Shown: piece after piece, positions 1 to 9,951 of the stretch
Layout of the letters: every line of letters starts with the position of its first letter
How positions within the stretch are numbered: the stretch's first letter is position 1
DNA from: Octopus sinensis
Taxonomy: Eukaryota
Length of the DNA stretch: 12,956 nucleotides
Assembly (NCBI RefSeq): GCF_006345805.1
Contig: NW_021826516.1
Span: 1 to 12,956, forward strand
Direction of reading: 5' to 3'
Notes under the pieces: model-generated
What the model was told of the DNA's origin: nothing
What the model saw: the letters and a program-made list of their open reading frames with translations, nothing else
Database searches by the model: none
Made by a program: the position numbers and the translations under genes

Positions 1-502
1 CAGAAAATAACATTGAATTTTTAGAAATCAGTGACGGAAGTTACTAGAAAAACCCATAAGTATTTGCAAACAGGTCTTCCTTTCATCGTAAACCGGTGAT
101 TACCGTACGTTGACAAGAGGCAAATTACCTCGAAACTGCAGTCCGTGCGTATCACTTAGGTTTACGAGAGAGGGATGACCTCCCTTTGCAAATACCATAA
201 GTGCACAGAAAGTGTGCCCAAAGCCAGCTGGAGACGATGATCTCTTGGGGCTAAAAGCTACAGTAACACCCACCCTTTGTGGTTAGCCGTATTGAGATGG
301 CAAGTATACTTTACGTTGTCGAGCGGTTACTGTTTACATCTCATTCAGAGATTTATTATTGCTAACATTGAATTAATTCTATAGAAAAAGAAATAAGCGG
401 AAAAAATGGGTCTTGCGGTTGGCTAGGTGGTCGATTGGTTGGTAGGGTTGGATTCATTGGTTAATTGTTTAATTGTTTGTTTAGTTGATTGGTTAATTGA
501 TT

Positions 503-888
503 GTGGAGGCGCAATGGCCCAGTGGTTAGGGCAGCGGACACGCGGTCATAGGATCGCGGTTTCGATTCCCAGACCGGGCGTTGTGAGTGTTTATTGAGCG
601 AAAACACCTAAAGCTGCACGAGGCTCCGGCAGGGATGGTGGTGATCCCTGCTGTACTCTTTCACCACAACTTTCTCTCATTCTTACTTCCTGTTTCTGTT
701 GTACCTGTATTTCAAAGGGCCAGCCTTGTCACTCTCTGTGTCACGCTGAATATCCCCGAGAACTACGTTAAGGGTGCACGTGTCTGTGGAGTGCTCAGCC
801 ACTTACACGTTAATTTCACGAGCAGGCTGTTCCGTTGATTCGGATCAACCGGAACCCTCATCGTCGTAACCGACGGAGTGCTTCCAAA
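503..888 (+). mobile_element. Full-length tRNA-derived SINE (head A + tail X) with 12-bp target-site duplication
   Basis: Pol III A box TGGCCCAGTGG (515-525) and B-box-like GGTTTCGATTCC (558-569). Identical flanks GGTTAATTGATT at 491-502 and 889-900. Head recurs at 8229 and tail recurs at 1812. Confidence 0.9.
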
Positions 889-1078
889 GGTTAATTGATT
901 GGCTAGCTAATTGGTTGATTGGTTGATTCGTTGGTTGGCTGGTTGGTTGGTTGGGGGATAGGTTGATTGTTCGAGCAATTGGTGGATTGACTGATTGGCT
1001 GGTTGGTAAATTGTTTGATTGGCTTGCGTCATTGATTGTTTGGTTGGTTGGTTGGCAAGCTGGACGATTGGTTGATTA

Positions 1079-1298
1079 CTCTTTTTACTCTTTTACTTGT
1101 TTCAGTCATTTGACTGCGGCAATGCTGGAGCACCGCCTTTAATCGAGCAACTCGACCCCGGGACTTATTCTTTGTAAGCCCAGTACTTATTCTATCGGTC
1201 CTTTTGCCGAACCGCTAAGTAACGGGGACATAAAAACACCAGCATCGGTTGTTCAAGCAAGGCTAGGGGGACAAACACAGACACACAAAACACACACA

Positions 1299-1336
<38 letters not shown>

Positions 1337-1523
1337 GAATATATATATATAATATATACGACGGGCTTCTTTTCAGTTTCCGTCTACCAAATCCACTCAC
1401 AAGGCTTTGGTCGGCCCGAGGCTATAGTAGAAGACACTTGCCCAACATGCCACGCAGTGGGACTGAACCCGGAACCATGTGGTTGGTAAGCAAGCTACTT
1501 ACCACACAGCCACTCCTGCGCCT
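1079..1523 (-). mobile_element. Full-length tRNA-derived SINE with CORE-like domain and internal (TA)/(CA) microsatellite
   Basis: Minus strand reads AGGCGCAGGAG, A box TGGCTGTGTGG (1502-1512), B box GGTTCAGTCCC (1459-1469), then the CORE-like TTGGGCAAGTGTCTTCTACTATAGCC; ends ...GACTGAAACAAGTAAAAGAGTAAAAAG. Fragments of the same family recur at 8517, 8610, 9727, 10186 and 10920. Confidence 0.85.
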
Positions 1524-1759
1524 GGTAGGTTGTTCGTTTAGTTTGATGGAGTGATTGATCAGTTGATTCGTTGGTTAATTGATAGATAGATAGATAGGTT
1601 AAGTGATTGGTCGATTGCTTGATTGTTTGGAAGATTGGCTTGGTTCGTTGATTGGTTGATCGGTTGATCATTGGTTAATTGATTGGTAAATAGTTTAATT
1701 GGCTGGTTGGCTGATTAGTTGATCGGTTGCTTGATGGGCTAGGTTCGTTGATTGGTAGA

Positions 1760-1995
1760 TGCGTTGTGTGCTTGAGCAAGACACTTTATTTCACGTTACT
1801 CCATATGAGTAGTACCTGTATTTCGAAGAGCCAACCTTGTCACACTCTGTGTCGCACTGAATCTCCCAAAGAACTACGTTAAGGGTACACGTATCTGTGG
1901 AGTGCTCAGCCACTTGCAGTTAATTTCACGAGCAAGCTGTTTCGTTGATCGTATCAGCTGGGACCTTCGTCATAGTAACAGACGGAGTGCTCCCC
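1760..1995 (+). mobile_element. SINE fragment: tail X with a different upstream module
   Basis: 1812-1991 aligns to 701-882 (GTACCTGTATTTC...AAGAACTACGTTAAGGGTACACGT...GACGGAGTGCT). Upstream sequence CTTGAGCAAGACACTTTATTTCACG differs from head A. Confidence 0.8.
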
Positions 1996-2050
1996 ACAAT
2001 ATATATATTATTATATACATACATATAAACATACATACATACATACATAC

Positions 2051-2096
<46 letters not shown>

Positions 2097-2127
2097 CATA
2101 CATTATATATATATGTATATATATATA

Positions 2128-2162
<35 letters not shown>

Positions 2163-2515
2163 CATGCATGCATGTATGTATGTACGTATGTATGTGTATG
2201 TATGCATGGATTCATGCATGCTTGTATTTATGTATGTATATTATATATATATATATATATATAATATATATAATATATATATATATGCATGTATCTATAT
2301 GCATGGGTACATATACAATCTATATACATATATGTATGTACGTATGTATATAAATGGATGCCTGTACAACATCACGACTGGAATCTGTTAATCATCTGCA
2401 CACACCGAGTGAACCAACAACAGATAAAAGCACCACAACTCTAAAGTAGGATGCACACCACATGACGTCAGCAACATTCTGGATTGATTTGTCAGCCTCC
2501 CGTAATTCATACCGC

Positions 2516-2554
<39 letters not shown>

Positions 2555-2723
2555 TCACACATGCCCAACCTCGAACACACGCGCACGCGCATACCAACAC
2601 TCGTGGCCCAGATGCATACCAGAGTTCGCATTCCAATGCACGTCTCCCAACCCATGCATATGCCGGCACACATGGCGGCACACTATCATGTACGTACATG
2701 CGTGCATGCATTTCTACATATTG

Positions 2724-2776
<53 letters not shown>

Positions 2777-3016
2777 GTTATAGTATATTATATGTATATA
2801 TGTATGTATATGTATATATATGTATATATGTATACATATATATATATGGTTGTATATTATGCAGTGTAGGTATGTACATATGTATACTTATAAAATATAT
2901 ATCATATTAACGCGTATGCACATTATACATAGCAGTGTTCCATGCATAAATTTATGTTCACCCTTATTAATTATTATAACTACTTCAGTCAAAACGGGTA
3001 TATATATATGTATAGG

Positions 3017-3054
<38 letters not shown>

Positions 3055-3087
3055 TTATATATACACGCATACACACACATTGATATG

Positions 3088-3130
<43 letters not shown>

Positions 3131-3262
3131 TGATATATAGCTGATATATATATATATATATATATATATTATACAGACATACGTACATATATTATATATG
3201 TGAGTGTATATATGTATATGCACATATATATATATACATACATACATGCATACACAAATACA

Positions 3263-3309
<47 letters not shown>

Positions 3310-3459
3310 TACATGCATACATATTATATACATATATATATATACATACATATATATATATATACATATATTACATATATAATAGATATACATGCATACA
3401 TATATATATATACATATATATATATATACAATATATATACATATACATATATATATATA

Positions 3460-3498
<39 letters not shown>

Positions 3499-3837
3499 TA
3501 TATATACATATAGCTGCCTGTCAGTATGTTCATACATGAGCAATAGCTTCTTTTTATCATATAAATTGTCTTCACACCATATACATATATATAGATACGC
3601 AAAACACATATATATACATGTACATATACATCCATCCATACATACATACATACATAAATACATACATGCACACACATATATACACACACCCACGCACACA
3701 TAATGATTAACCAAAACGAGAAAAGAAACATACGGTAACATATACACATGGATATATATGCATCTATATACATACATACATTCATACATTTTTACGTCCG
3801 TTTGCTCGTATGTATGTACATAAGAATGTATATACAT

Positions 3838-3926
<89 letters not shown>

Positions 3927-3945
3927 CATATATATATATGCACGT
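1996..3945. repeat. Compound microsatellite field of (TA)n, (CATA)n, (CA)n and (TATG)n with short unique islands (about 2355-2517, 2900-3000, 3510-3590, 3700-3740)
   Basis: Directly visible; explains the IYIY/HTHT ORFs. Confidence 0.95.
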
Positions 3946-4216
3946 GTGTATAGACCATATATCATTAGTAGTTCTGTGCAGTAATGTAGGATAAAAGGCG
4001 GAGAGAATAAAGCACTCGTTTCTCGCTGTGTTCTATATTCCTGTATTTATCTTTTTGTTTGTGCGACTGTTGAACGATATTTATTTGGCACCTAAATCTC
4101 CGATAACATTCTCCGACTTATTTATTACCTGGCTTAGTTGCATTGTGCAAATACGCTCCATCTGTTTTATCACTACAAGATGTGTCTGTGTGTGTGAGTG
4201 TGTCTGTGTCTGTGCG

Positions 4217-4229
4217 CACACACACACAC

Positions 4230-4285
<56 letters not shown>

Positions 4286-4508
4286 ATAATATATATATAT
4301 ATATATATGTTCTTTTGCAGACATAGGTATGTATACATGTATCAATATATAAGTGGTTTATCACATTAGATATATACAAACTGCATGCATACATACATAC
4401 ATACATACATACATACATACTTACAAATGGATGTATACATGTATGTTTATGTTTGTATGTCTGAGTGCAGATATCTCTCTCTTATCTCTCTCTTTTCCCT
4501 CTCTCTCT

Positions 4509-4556
<48 letters not shown>

Positions 4557-4588
4557 ATATCTATCTATCTATCTATATCTATCTATCT
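4217..4588. repeat. (CA)n, (TA)n, (CATA)n and (TCTA)n microsatellites
   Basis: (CA)n about 4217-4272; (CATA)n about 4387-4420; (TCTA)n about 4513-4588. Confidence 0.9.
4321..4326 (+). CDS. Candidate 6-nt microexon (ACATAG)
   Basis: gttcttttgcag|ACATAG|gtatgt: canonical acceptor and donor 6 nt apart; frame-preserving if phase 1/1 (xAC ATA G). No expression evidence. Confidence 0.3.
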   Translation, partial: T

Positions 4589-4592
4589 AACG

Positions 4593-4825
4593 ACAAGGTG
4601 CATTCCAGAAGTTTCGAGGCTTTTGCAGGGGAGACATTTGTCAAATTCAAAGAAATGCAAAGCCCTAATCACCTGCAAAGTAGGATCGACCATCTTCAAG
4701 ACCCTTGTAGCACTCAAGCTATTTCCTTAGGCCTCATGGAAGCCATCCACAGTCACAGGCTTCTCCTTTTCCTCTCCTTCTCATTTTCAGAAACATTCAA
4801 AAGTCAGAGGGAACAATGTCTGGCC
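4593..4825 (-). mobile_element. Decayed mariner (Tc1/mariner) transposon 3' end: transposase C-terminus plus TIR remnant
   Basis: Minus frame 4823->4665 reads PDIVPSDF*MFLKM...LECYKGLEDGRSYFAGD*, matching the mariner YSPDLAPSDF motif and the C-terminal 'C...G.YFE.' pattern; internal stops present. TIR-like ACAAGGTGCATTCCAGAAGTTTCGAGGC at 4593-4620. Confidence 0.75.
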
Positions 4826-5080
4826 TTTACATTATTTACATTCGACGGATATTTGTCCTCATCTTGTTTGTTGTTAACAAGATCAGGTTATTGGCATGGA
4901 TCACCATGCCCATACATCAAATTGTTGTTAACTAAATAACGAAATCAAAGAGAACTTATCTTTATTACTTAGAAAAATAACCAGAGATGATGATAAGAAG
5001 AGAATCCAACAAGATCTGGAAAAGTGTGTTAACAACAAACAAGATGAGGACAAATATCCGTCGAATGTAAATAATGTAAA
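4826..5080. repeat. Perfect 54-bp inverted repeat (4826-4879 / 5027-5080) with 147-nt spacer
   Basis: TTTACATTATTTACATTCGACGGATATTTGTCCTCATCTTGTTTGTTGTTAACA is the exact reverse complement of 5027-5080. Confidence 0.95.
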
Positions 5081-5345
5081 TAATGTCAAAGCTGAGGTAA
5101 CCAACTGCGGGCTTTACAGAGAAGAAGGCTTAGCAAACCACAAAGCATGAATGACCACGCTAAGAAGAGATTTAAAAACGAGCTAATAAGGATATAGACT
5201 AATCGTTTCAGACATAATATCAAATTTGCGCACGGGCAAGTATTATCCTCACAGAAACGAAACGAGGCAGCAAACACGAACGCAAAAATTCCAACCAGCA
5301 TCAGCAAAGCCGTAATTAAGAATCTGGCTGTCAGAATACGTGGGT
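4935..5345 (+). pseudogene. Possible highly decayed non-LTR (CR1/Jockey-like) RT-adjacent coding fragment
   Basis: LLRKITRDDDKKRIQQDLEK, then after the 5026-5087 insertion QS*GNQLR..SKPQSM, loosely resembles 'KI....D...LQ.DLD.L..W..N.L.FN..K...M'. No YADD/FADD motif is seen. Confidence 0.25.
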
Positions 5346-5561
5346 GAGTCTGTGATTTATCGTTAGACAATGATTTCTTTACCATGGATTTCATTACTCT
5401 GAATGAGACAATTGGGCGCAGCTGTTAGGAGGCTGATTATTTGATACGACTGGCTGAGCATTCTACCTATTTTGGTGACAGGTCTTTGTGGTGCTAGAGG
5501 CATATATACTTATATATATATATATATAATATACATACACACATACGCATGCATGCATAGA

Positions 5562-5705
5562 TATGTGTGGGTGTATTTCTCTTTTTGTTTATGAGAAGAG
5601 GAAAATTCTTTATGTCAGATCTGCCCAATTAATAAATTGTAATGTTACTCTGTTACTCTCTCTCTCTCTCTCACGTATTGATAGAGAGAGAAGAGAGAGA
5701 GAGGC

Positions 5706-5754
<49 letters not shown>

Positions 5755-5845
5755 CAGAGTAATATTACAATTTATTAATTAAGCAGATCTGACATAAATA
5801 ATTTTCCACTTCTCATACACAAAAATAGAAATATAGTCACACATA
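5562..5845. repeat. About 110-bp imperfect inverted repeat (5562-5672 / 5735-5845), fold-back/MITE-like, with a third copy at about 5935-6008
   Basis: Hand alignment gives 11 mismatches between arms. Arms include (CT)n/(GA)n ends and the unit starts and ends with TA. CTGACATAAATAATTTTCC is identical at 5789-5807 and 5968-5986. Confidence 0.9.
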
Positions 5846-7111
5846 AACAAAGCGTGTGAGAGAGAGAAAGAGAGAGAGAGAGAAAAGGGAGTGGCAGGGG
5901 GGTGAGGAGAGAGATGAAGAGAGAGGGAGAAGGGTGAGAGGTTTTATAATTTGTTAATTGAACACGACTGACATAAATAATTTTCCGTTTTCCCATGCAC
6001 ATAAATATGCTCTTTCTGCCCCCTCTCTCTCTCACACAGTAGGAGGAGAGCAGGGAGATGACGAAAGAAACATTTAAGCGTCTGTTGTCAAACAAGTCAG
6101 CGTCGAATCAACGATGCCAAGTAGTCGGCGCCAAAACAGCTGCGCCAAGGCGTCTCATACCCTTCGTTACTATAACAAAATAGCAGCTTGAAGTGACTTT
6201 TGCGAAAGGCCAGTATACAAGGCCTGCACCAGAATCAGGAAGAGGAGACTAACGGATTAATTCACCACACAACATTATCATATTCATCCATATAACAAGA
6301 AATTCTCTGTTTTTAGTATATTTTCCACTGATCCTCAAATACATCAAACTCTTCAACCCCAATAACATTGATGTCAGCTTCTTGTTATCAAATAACATGG
6401 CTTCCCAGATCACACACCTCAGAAGAATACAAACTCGAAGACAGATCCTATCCTTTCTGCCAACTTGTAACTTTAGAAATCACCGAAACGTCCCACTTAG
6501 CAAGCATTGCCCTTTATTGTTGTTATTTACGGAAACATTTGTAACACCATAAGACGATATAGAATAAAATTATCTTGCACTTACCGTAAATGCAATTAAA
6601 GAAAAAACCTTCCATGATGGTGCTCTGCTCACACAATCATACAACGCGAGTCATTCAAAACAAATTTGCATGAATGAGCGAACATTTATTTCTACAGTTC
6701 CATGAAACTCCGAGTAGCAACTCGGTGAATCCTCAGCCGATACCGAACAAACAAAATACTATTTGAATATTTGTACCGTCAGTATTTATATGTGTACTCA
6801 TCCATGCGAGTGAACAGGTAGATACGCATGTCTGTATATTTGTATGTATATGTGTGTTTGTGTGTGTTTGTGTGTGTATTTGTATATAGGTTTATACATG
6901 TATGCATGCATGTGTGTGTGTGTATATATATCACTGGATGTTTGTGTATTTGTGAGAGTTTGAATACATGCGTATCCCTGCGGCTCTTTCTGGTAATTTC
7001 TGCGTATATAGGTCTATATGTGGATAATATATATGCATGATTGTACATATATGCAGGTATTTCTGTGTCTGACGCTCTTGTGTCTTCGTGTATGTGTGTG
7101 TGTGTGTGTGT

Positions 7112-7145
<34 letters not shown>

Positions 7146-7286
7146 TGTTTGTGTTATGTATATGTGGCAGTATGTGTCTGGTTATTAATATTTGCGAGTT
7201 TCTGTGTGTGCATATGTGTATTCGCATCCCTTAGCATCAATGTCTATGTGTACGTGAACATACATGTATGTGTGTGCATGTGGTTG

Positions 7287-7324
<38 letters not shown>

Positions 7325-7327
<3 letters not shown>

Positions 7328-7625
7328 GCATACACACACACACATATATATATGTATATGTATTGATATCTATACATACATCTTGGTGTGTGTATATATA
7401 TATACATATGTGTATGTGTGCGCTATATATATATATATATATATATGCATACACACACACTATGTATATGTATTGATATATATATATACATACATCTTGG
7501 CGTGTGTATATATACATATGTGCATGTGTGCGCGTATATATATATATATATATCTATATGCATACACACACATATACATACATCTAGGTGTGTGTATATA
7601 TATATACATATGTGTATGTGTATGC
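7325..7625 (+). repeat. Higher-order tandem repeat (3 units of about 90-115 bp) built from microsatellites
   Basis: Anchor CATACATCT(T/A)GG(T/C)GTGTGTATATA at 7375, 7489 and 7577. Confidence 0.8.
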
Positions 7626-7628
7626 TTA

Positions 7629-7677
<49 letters not shown>

Positions 7678-8014
7678 ATACAAATCAAAGACGATTCTTC
7701 CCAAGAATCGGCAGAAAACAATCGCTCCATGCATGTTTCTTATTTATAAAGCACAAAAGCTCAAGACAGCGCACAGACTTGGCACATTGTCATCGGAAGA
7801 TTTTCCGAAAATCCTTCCAGACATTCCATTCATTTCCAAAGAAATGTTGGATGATAACGGACCCCTACTGCGATACACTCATTTACCAAAAATTGGAATT
7901 TTCTTCTAATGAATGCAAAATCTTTCGTATATTATTATATTGGCTTCCAGCTTCAGACGAGAAAGTCGGATAGCAACAGACGTTTACTAGATTTCCTATT
8001 TCAACATGTGTTCC

Positions 8015-8045
<31 letters not shown>

Positions 8046-8228
8046 ATCGTAGCATGTTCAATAATCCATTATCCGGAATTCCTGGAACCGAAAGTGTTGC
8101 AGATTCCGGAGTTTTAAAGATTTCAGATTAATTTTTTTTATATTTGCATTTATATAATAGGACAGCTTGGGGGTCGAGACCCGAGTTTAAACAAAACATC
8201 CATGTATATTTCGTAATATAGCTCATAT

Positions 8229-8506
8229 GTGGAGGCGCAGTGACCCGGTGGTTAGGGCAGCGGACACGCGGTCGTAGGATCGTGGTTTCGATTCCCAGAC
8301 CGGGCGTTGTGAGTGTTTATTGAGCGAAAACACCTAAAAGCTCCACGAGGATCCGGCAGGGGGTGGTGACGATCCCTGCTGTCTCTCACTCTTTCTTCTG
8401 TTGGCCTGCTCGCTTAGCCAGCGGGGTGGCGTCATTTGAAGGCTAATACAAAGCTAAGCGCATTGTGACCAGCGGTGTGTAGCAACATCTGATAGCCTGG
8501 TCGGTC
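8229..8506 (+). mobile_element. tRNA-derived SINE (head A + tail Y)
   Basis: 8229-8403 closely matches 503-700, including B box GGTTTCGATTCC; sequence after TTCTGTTG is unrelated to tail X. Confidence 0.85.
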
Positions 8507-8516
8507 ATATATAAAT

Positions 8517-8725
8517 AGGCGCAGTTATTACTGTATGGTAAAAATCTTGCTTCCCAACCACATAATTCCGGGTTCAATCCCACTGCGTGGCACATTGAGC
8601 GAATATCTTTATCTTTTGGCTTTTACTTGCTTCAGTCATTTTGACTGCGACCATGCTGGGGTAGCACTTTGAAGAATTTTAGTCGAACGAATCGACCCCA
8701 GAACTTAGACTCTAGTACTTATTTT
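8517..8725. mobile_element. Two fragments of the CORE-like SINE: head on + (8517-8607), tail on - (8610-8725)
   Basis: GGTTCAATCCCACTGCGTGGCAC matches the head of 1079-1523; CTTTTACTTGCTTCAGTCATTTTGACTGCGACCATGCTGG matches its tail. Confidence 0.75.
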
Positions 8726-9106
8726 CCGAATTTTGGATATTTCTCGGATTTGAGATGTTTTTGCATTTTGGATGTATCCGGGTATTTGGATATTTTTTGG
8801 ACTTTGGATGTTCCCGGGTTTGTGATATTTTCCGGATATTAAGATATTTTCGAATTTTGGAAGTTTTCGAATTTCGGAGGTTTTCGAAGTTTAAATGTTT
8901 TCGGATTTTGGAATTTTGGATGAAATCTCCACTGTTGTATTAGCAGTAATGATGGTAGTAGTAGGCATTGTCACATAATGCCATTTTAATCCCGAGTAAT
9001 ATTAATAATACCTCCAAATGAAGGAAGAAAAATAGCTTGTATAAACACACACACAAAGAACTAATAGTAATTGATTTATGTTGTAAGAAAAAATGTCAGA
9101 AAAGAA

Positions 9107-9139
9107 TTTAACGTTTCGTAGTATGACACTTCATCAAAA
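9107..9139 (-). ncRNA. Degenerate minimal type I hammerhead-like motif
   Basis: Minus strand UU UUGAUGA A GUGUCAUACUAC GAA ACGU U AAA: C3 is changed or lost; the palindromic ACGU helix III is present. Confidence 0.35.
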
Positions 9140-9426
9140 GCTTGAGCTGAAAGCTGTTTCTCCGTCGATACGAACTGAAATCCTTCACTGAGAAATACAA
9201 ACATGCTGGGCAATGGCCGACTAACATAATGCAGCTGAGTGAGATTTCTCAGCAGAAAACATGCTTTCCCTCTCTTTTTCTCCCTCCTACTTTGTATCTC
9301 TCCCTTTTCCTTCACTCTTTCTCTTCCTCTTCTCTCTTTCTCTTCTTTTCTCTTGTCCTCGTTCTCTCTCCTCTTCTTCCTCTCTTTCTTCCTCTCTCTC
9401 ACTCTCTTTTCCACTCCTCCACTACG

Positions 9427-9465
<39 letters not shown>

Positions 9466-9726
9466 ACGCACAGCTTCAAAGTCCAGTCAAACTGATTGAT
9501 TAAAAAAAACCTCAAATAAATTACGTTCGATTAACTTAATTAGTAATTTCAGACTGATTATTAACTACTAAAAAATAGGTTTATGAAGTCTCATTTGAGC
9601 AATTTCCTAAATAAATAATAAATAAATAAATAAAAAATAAATAAATAAATAAATAAATAAATAAAAGACGAAAGCAAGAAAGAAAGAAACAAAGGAATAA
9701 ACAAACAAACAAATTATATAAATGAA

Positions 9727-9890
9727 GTGCATGAATGGTTGTGTGATAAGGAATTTGTTTCTCAACGACATGGTTCCGGGTTCAGTACCTATAGTGGCAC
9801 CTTGGCCAAGAGTCTTCTACTATTGCCCTGTGTCGACTAAAGTCTTGTGAATGAATTTGGTGGACACACATACTGAAAGAAGCTCGTTGT
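9727..9890 (+). mobile_element. Diverged head + CORE-like part of the 1079-1523 SINE family
   Basis: CATGGTTCCGGGTTCAGTACC...GGCACCTTGGCCAAGAGTCTTCTACTATTGCC...ACTGAAAGAAGCTCGT. Confidence 0.75.
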
Positions 9891-9951
9891 GTGTACCGTT
9901 GGCGATTTTTTTCCCTCTGTCTTCTCTTCTCTGGATCTTTCCATCTCCTAT

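Larger units (their letters stand above)
410..1760. repeat. Degenerate (TTGG/TTGA)n simple-repeat tract hosting SINE insertions
   Basis: Runs such as ttggttgattggttaattgattgg occupy about 410-502, 889-1078 and 1524-1760, interrupted by SINE-like blocks. Confidence 0.85.
8053..8937 (+). mobile_element. Tigger/pogo-like (Tigger4/Zombi-like) non-autonomous DNA transposon with nested SINEs
   Basis: Left part 8053-8228 (CATGTTCAATAATCCATTATCCGGAATTCCTGGAACCGAAAGTGTT...ATATTTGCAT...CTTGGGGGTCGAGACCCGAGTTTAAACA) resembles my recollection of the Tigger4/MER46 left end. Right part 8725-8937 has TTTCGGA/TTTTGGA subterminal repeats whose reverse complement resembles the left end. Confidence 0.55.

Noticed and set aside
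503-575. tRNA gene calls here, at about 1455-1523 and at 8229-8300
   Set aside because: A and B boxes are present, but the sequences continue into SINE bodies and I could not fold a proper cloverleaf; they are SINE heads.
1902-3984. Numerous long ORFs (IYIY, HTHT, CVCV), also 7041-7973, 10044-10387 and 11907-12212
   Set aside because: They are translations of stop-free di- and trinucleotide microsatellites, with no coding signal.
4973-5096. Possible + strand exon (ttacttag|...GAG|gtaacc) spanning the right inverted-repeat arm
   Set aside because: It would exonise a repeat tail, and the sequence is better explained as decayed retroelement material; no other support.
6254-6551. Stop-free + frame of about 99 codons; the minus frame has a kelch-like VEEFDVFEDQWKIY
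   Set aside because: No recognisable domain, no convincing splice pair, and the kelch-like frame is bounded by stops.
200-6615. Minus-strand gene model MEGFFFNCIY (6615-6585) + VIKQMERICTMQLSQ (4172-4129) + PQEIIVSSWLWAHFLCTY (about 254-200)
   Set aside because: Donors are good and phases join, but the 4172 acceptor lacks a pyrimidine tract and the peptide resembles nothing I know; compatible with chance. RNA-seq would settle it.
6703-6736. Minus-strand CUGAGGA followed by a CCGAG/CUCGG hairpin
   Set aside because: A 4-nt gap precedes the hairpin and it is followed by AGUUUC rather than GAAA, so it is not a hammerhead.
7680-7975. Unique island that extends the ORFs 7388-7909 and 7041-7973
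   Set aside because: No recognisable product and no clear donor site; ORF length comes from the upstream microsatellite.
8725-8925. CRISPR-like or satellite array
   Set aside because: Degenerate 8-10-nt units without unique spacers in a eukaryotic context; better explained as transposon subterminal repeats.
9093-9190. MSEKNLTFRSMTLHQKLELK as a pogo/CENP-B helix-turn-helix start
   Set aside because: Similarity is too short, the frame stops after 32 aa, and it lies outside the Tigger-like ends.
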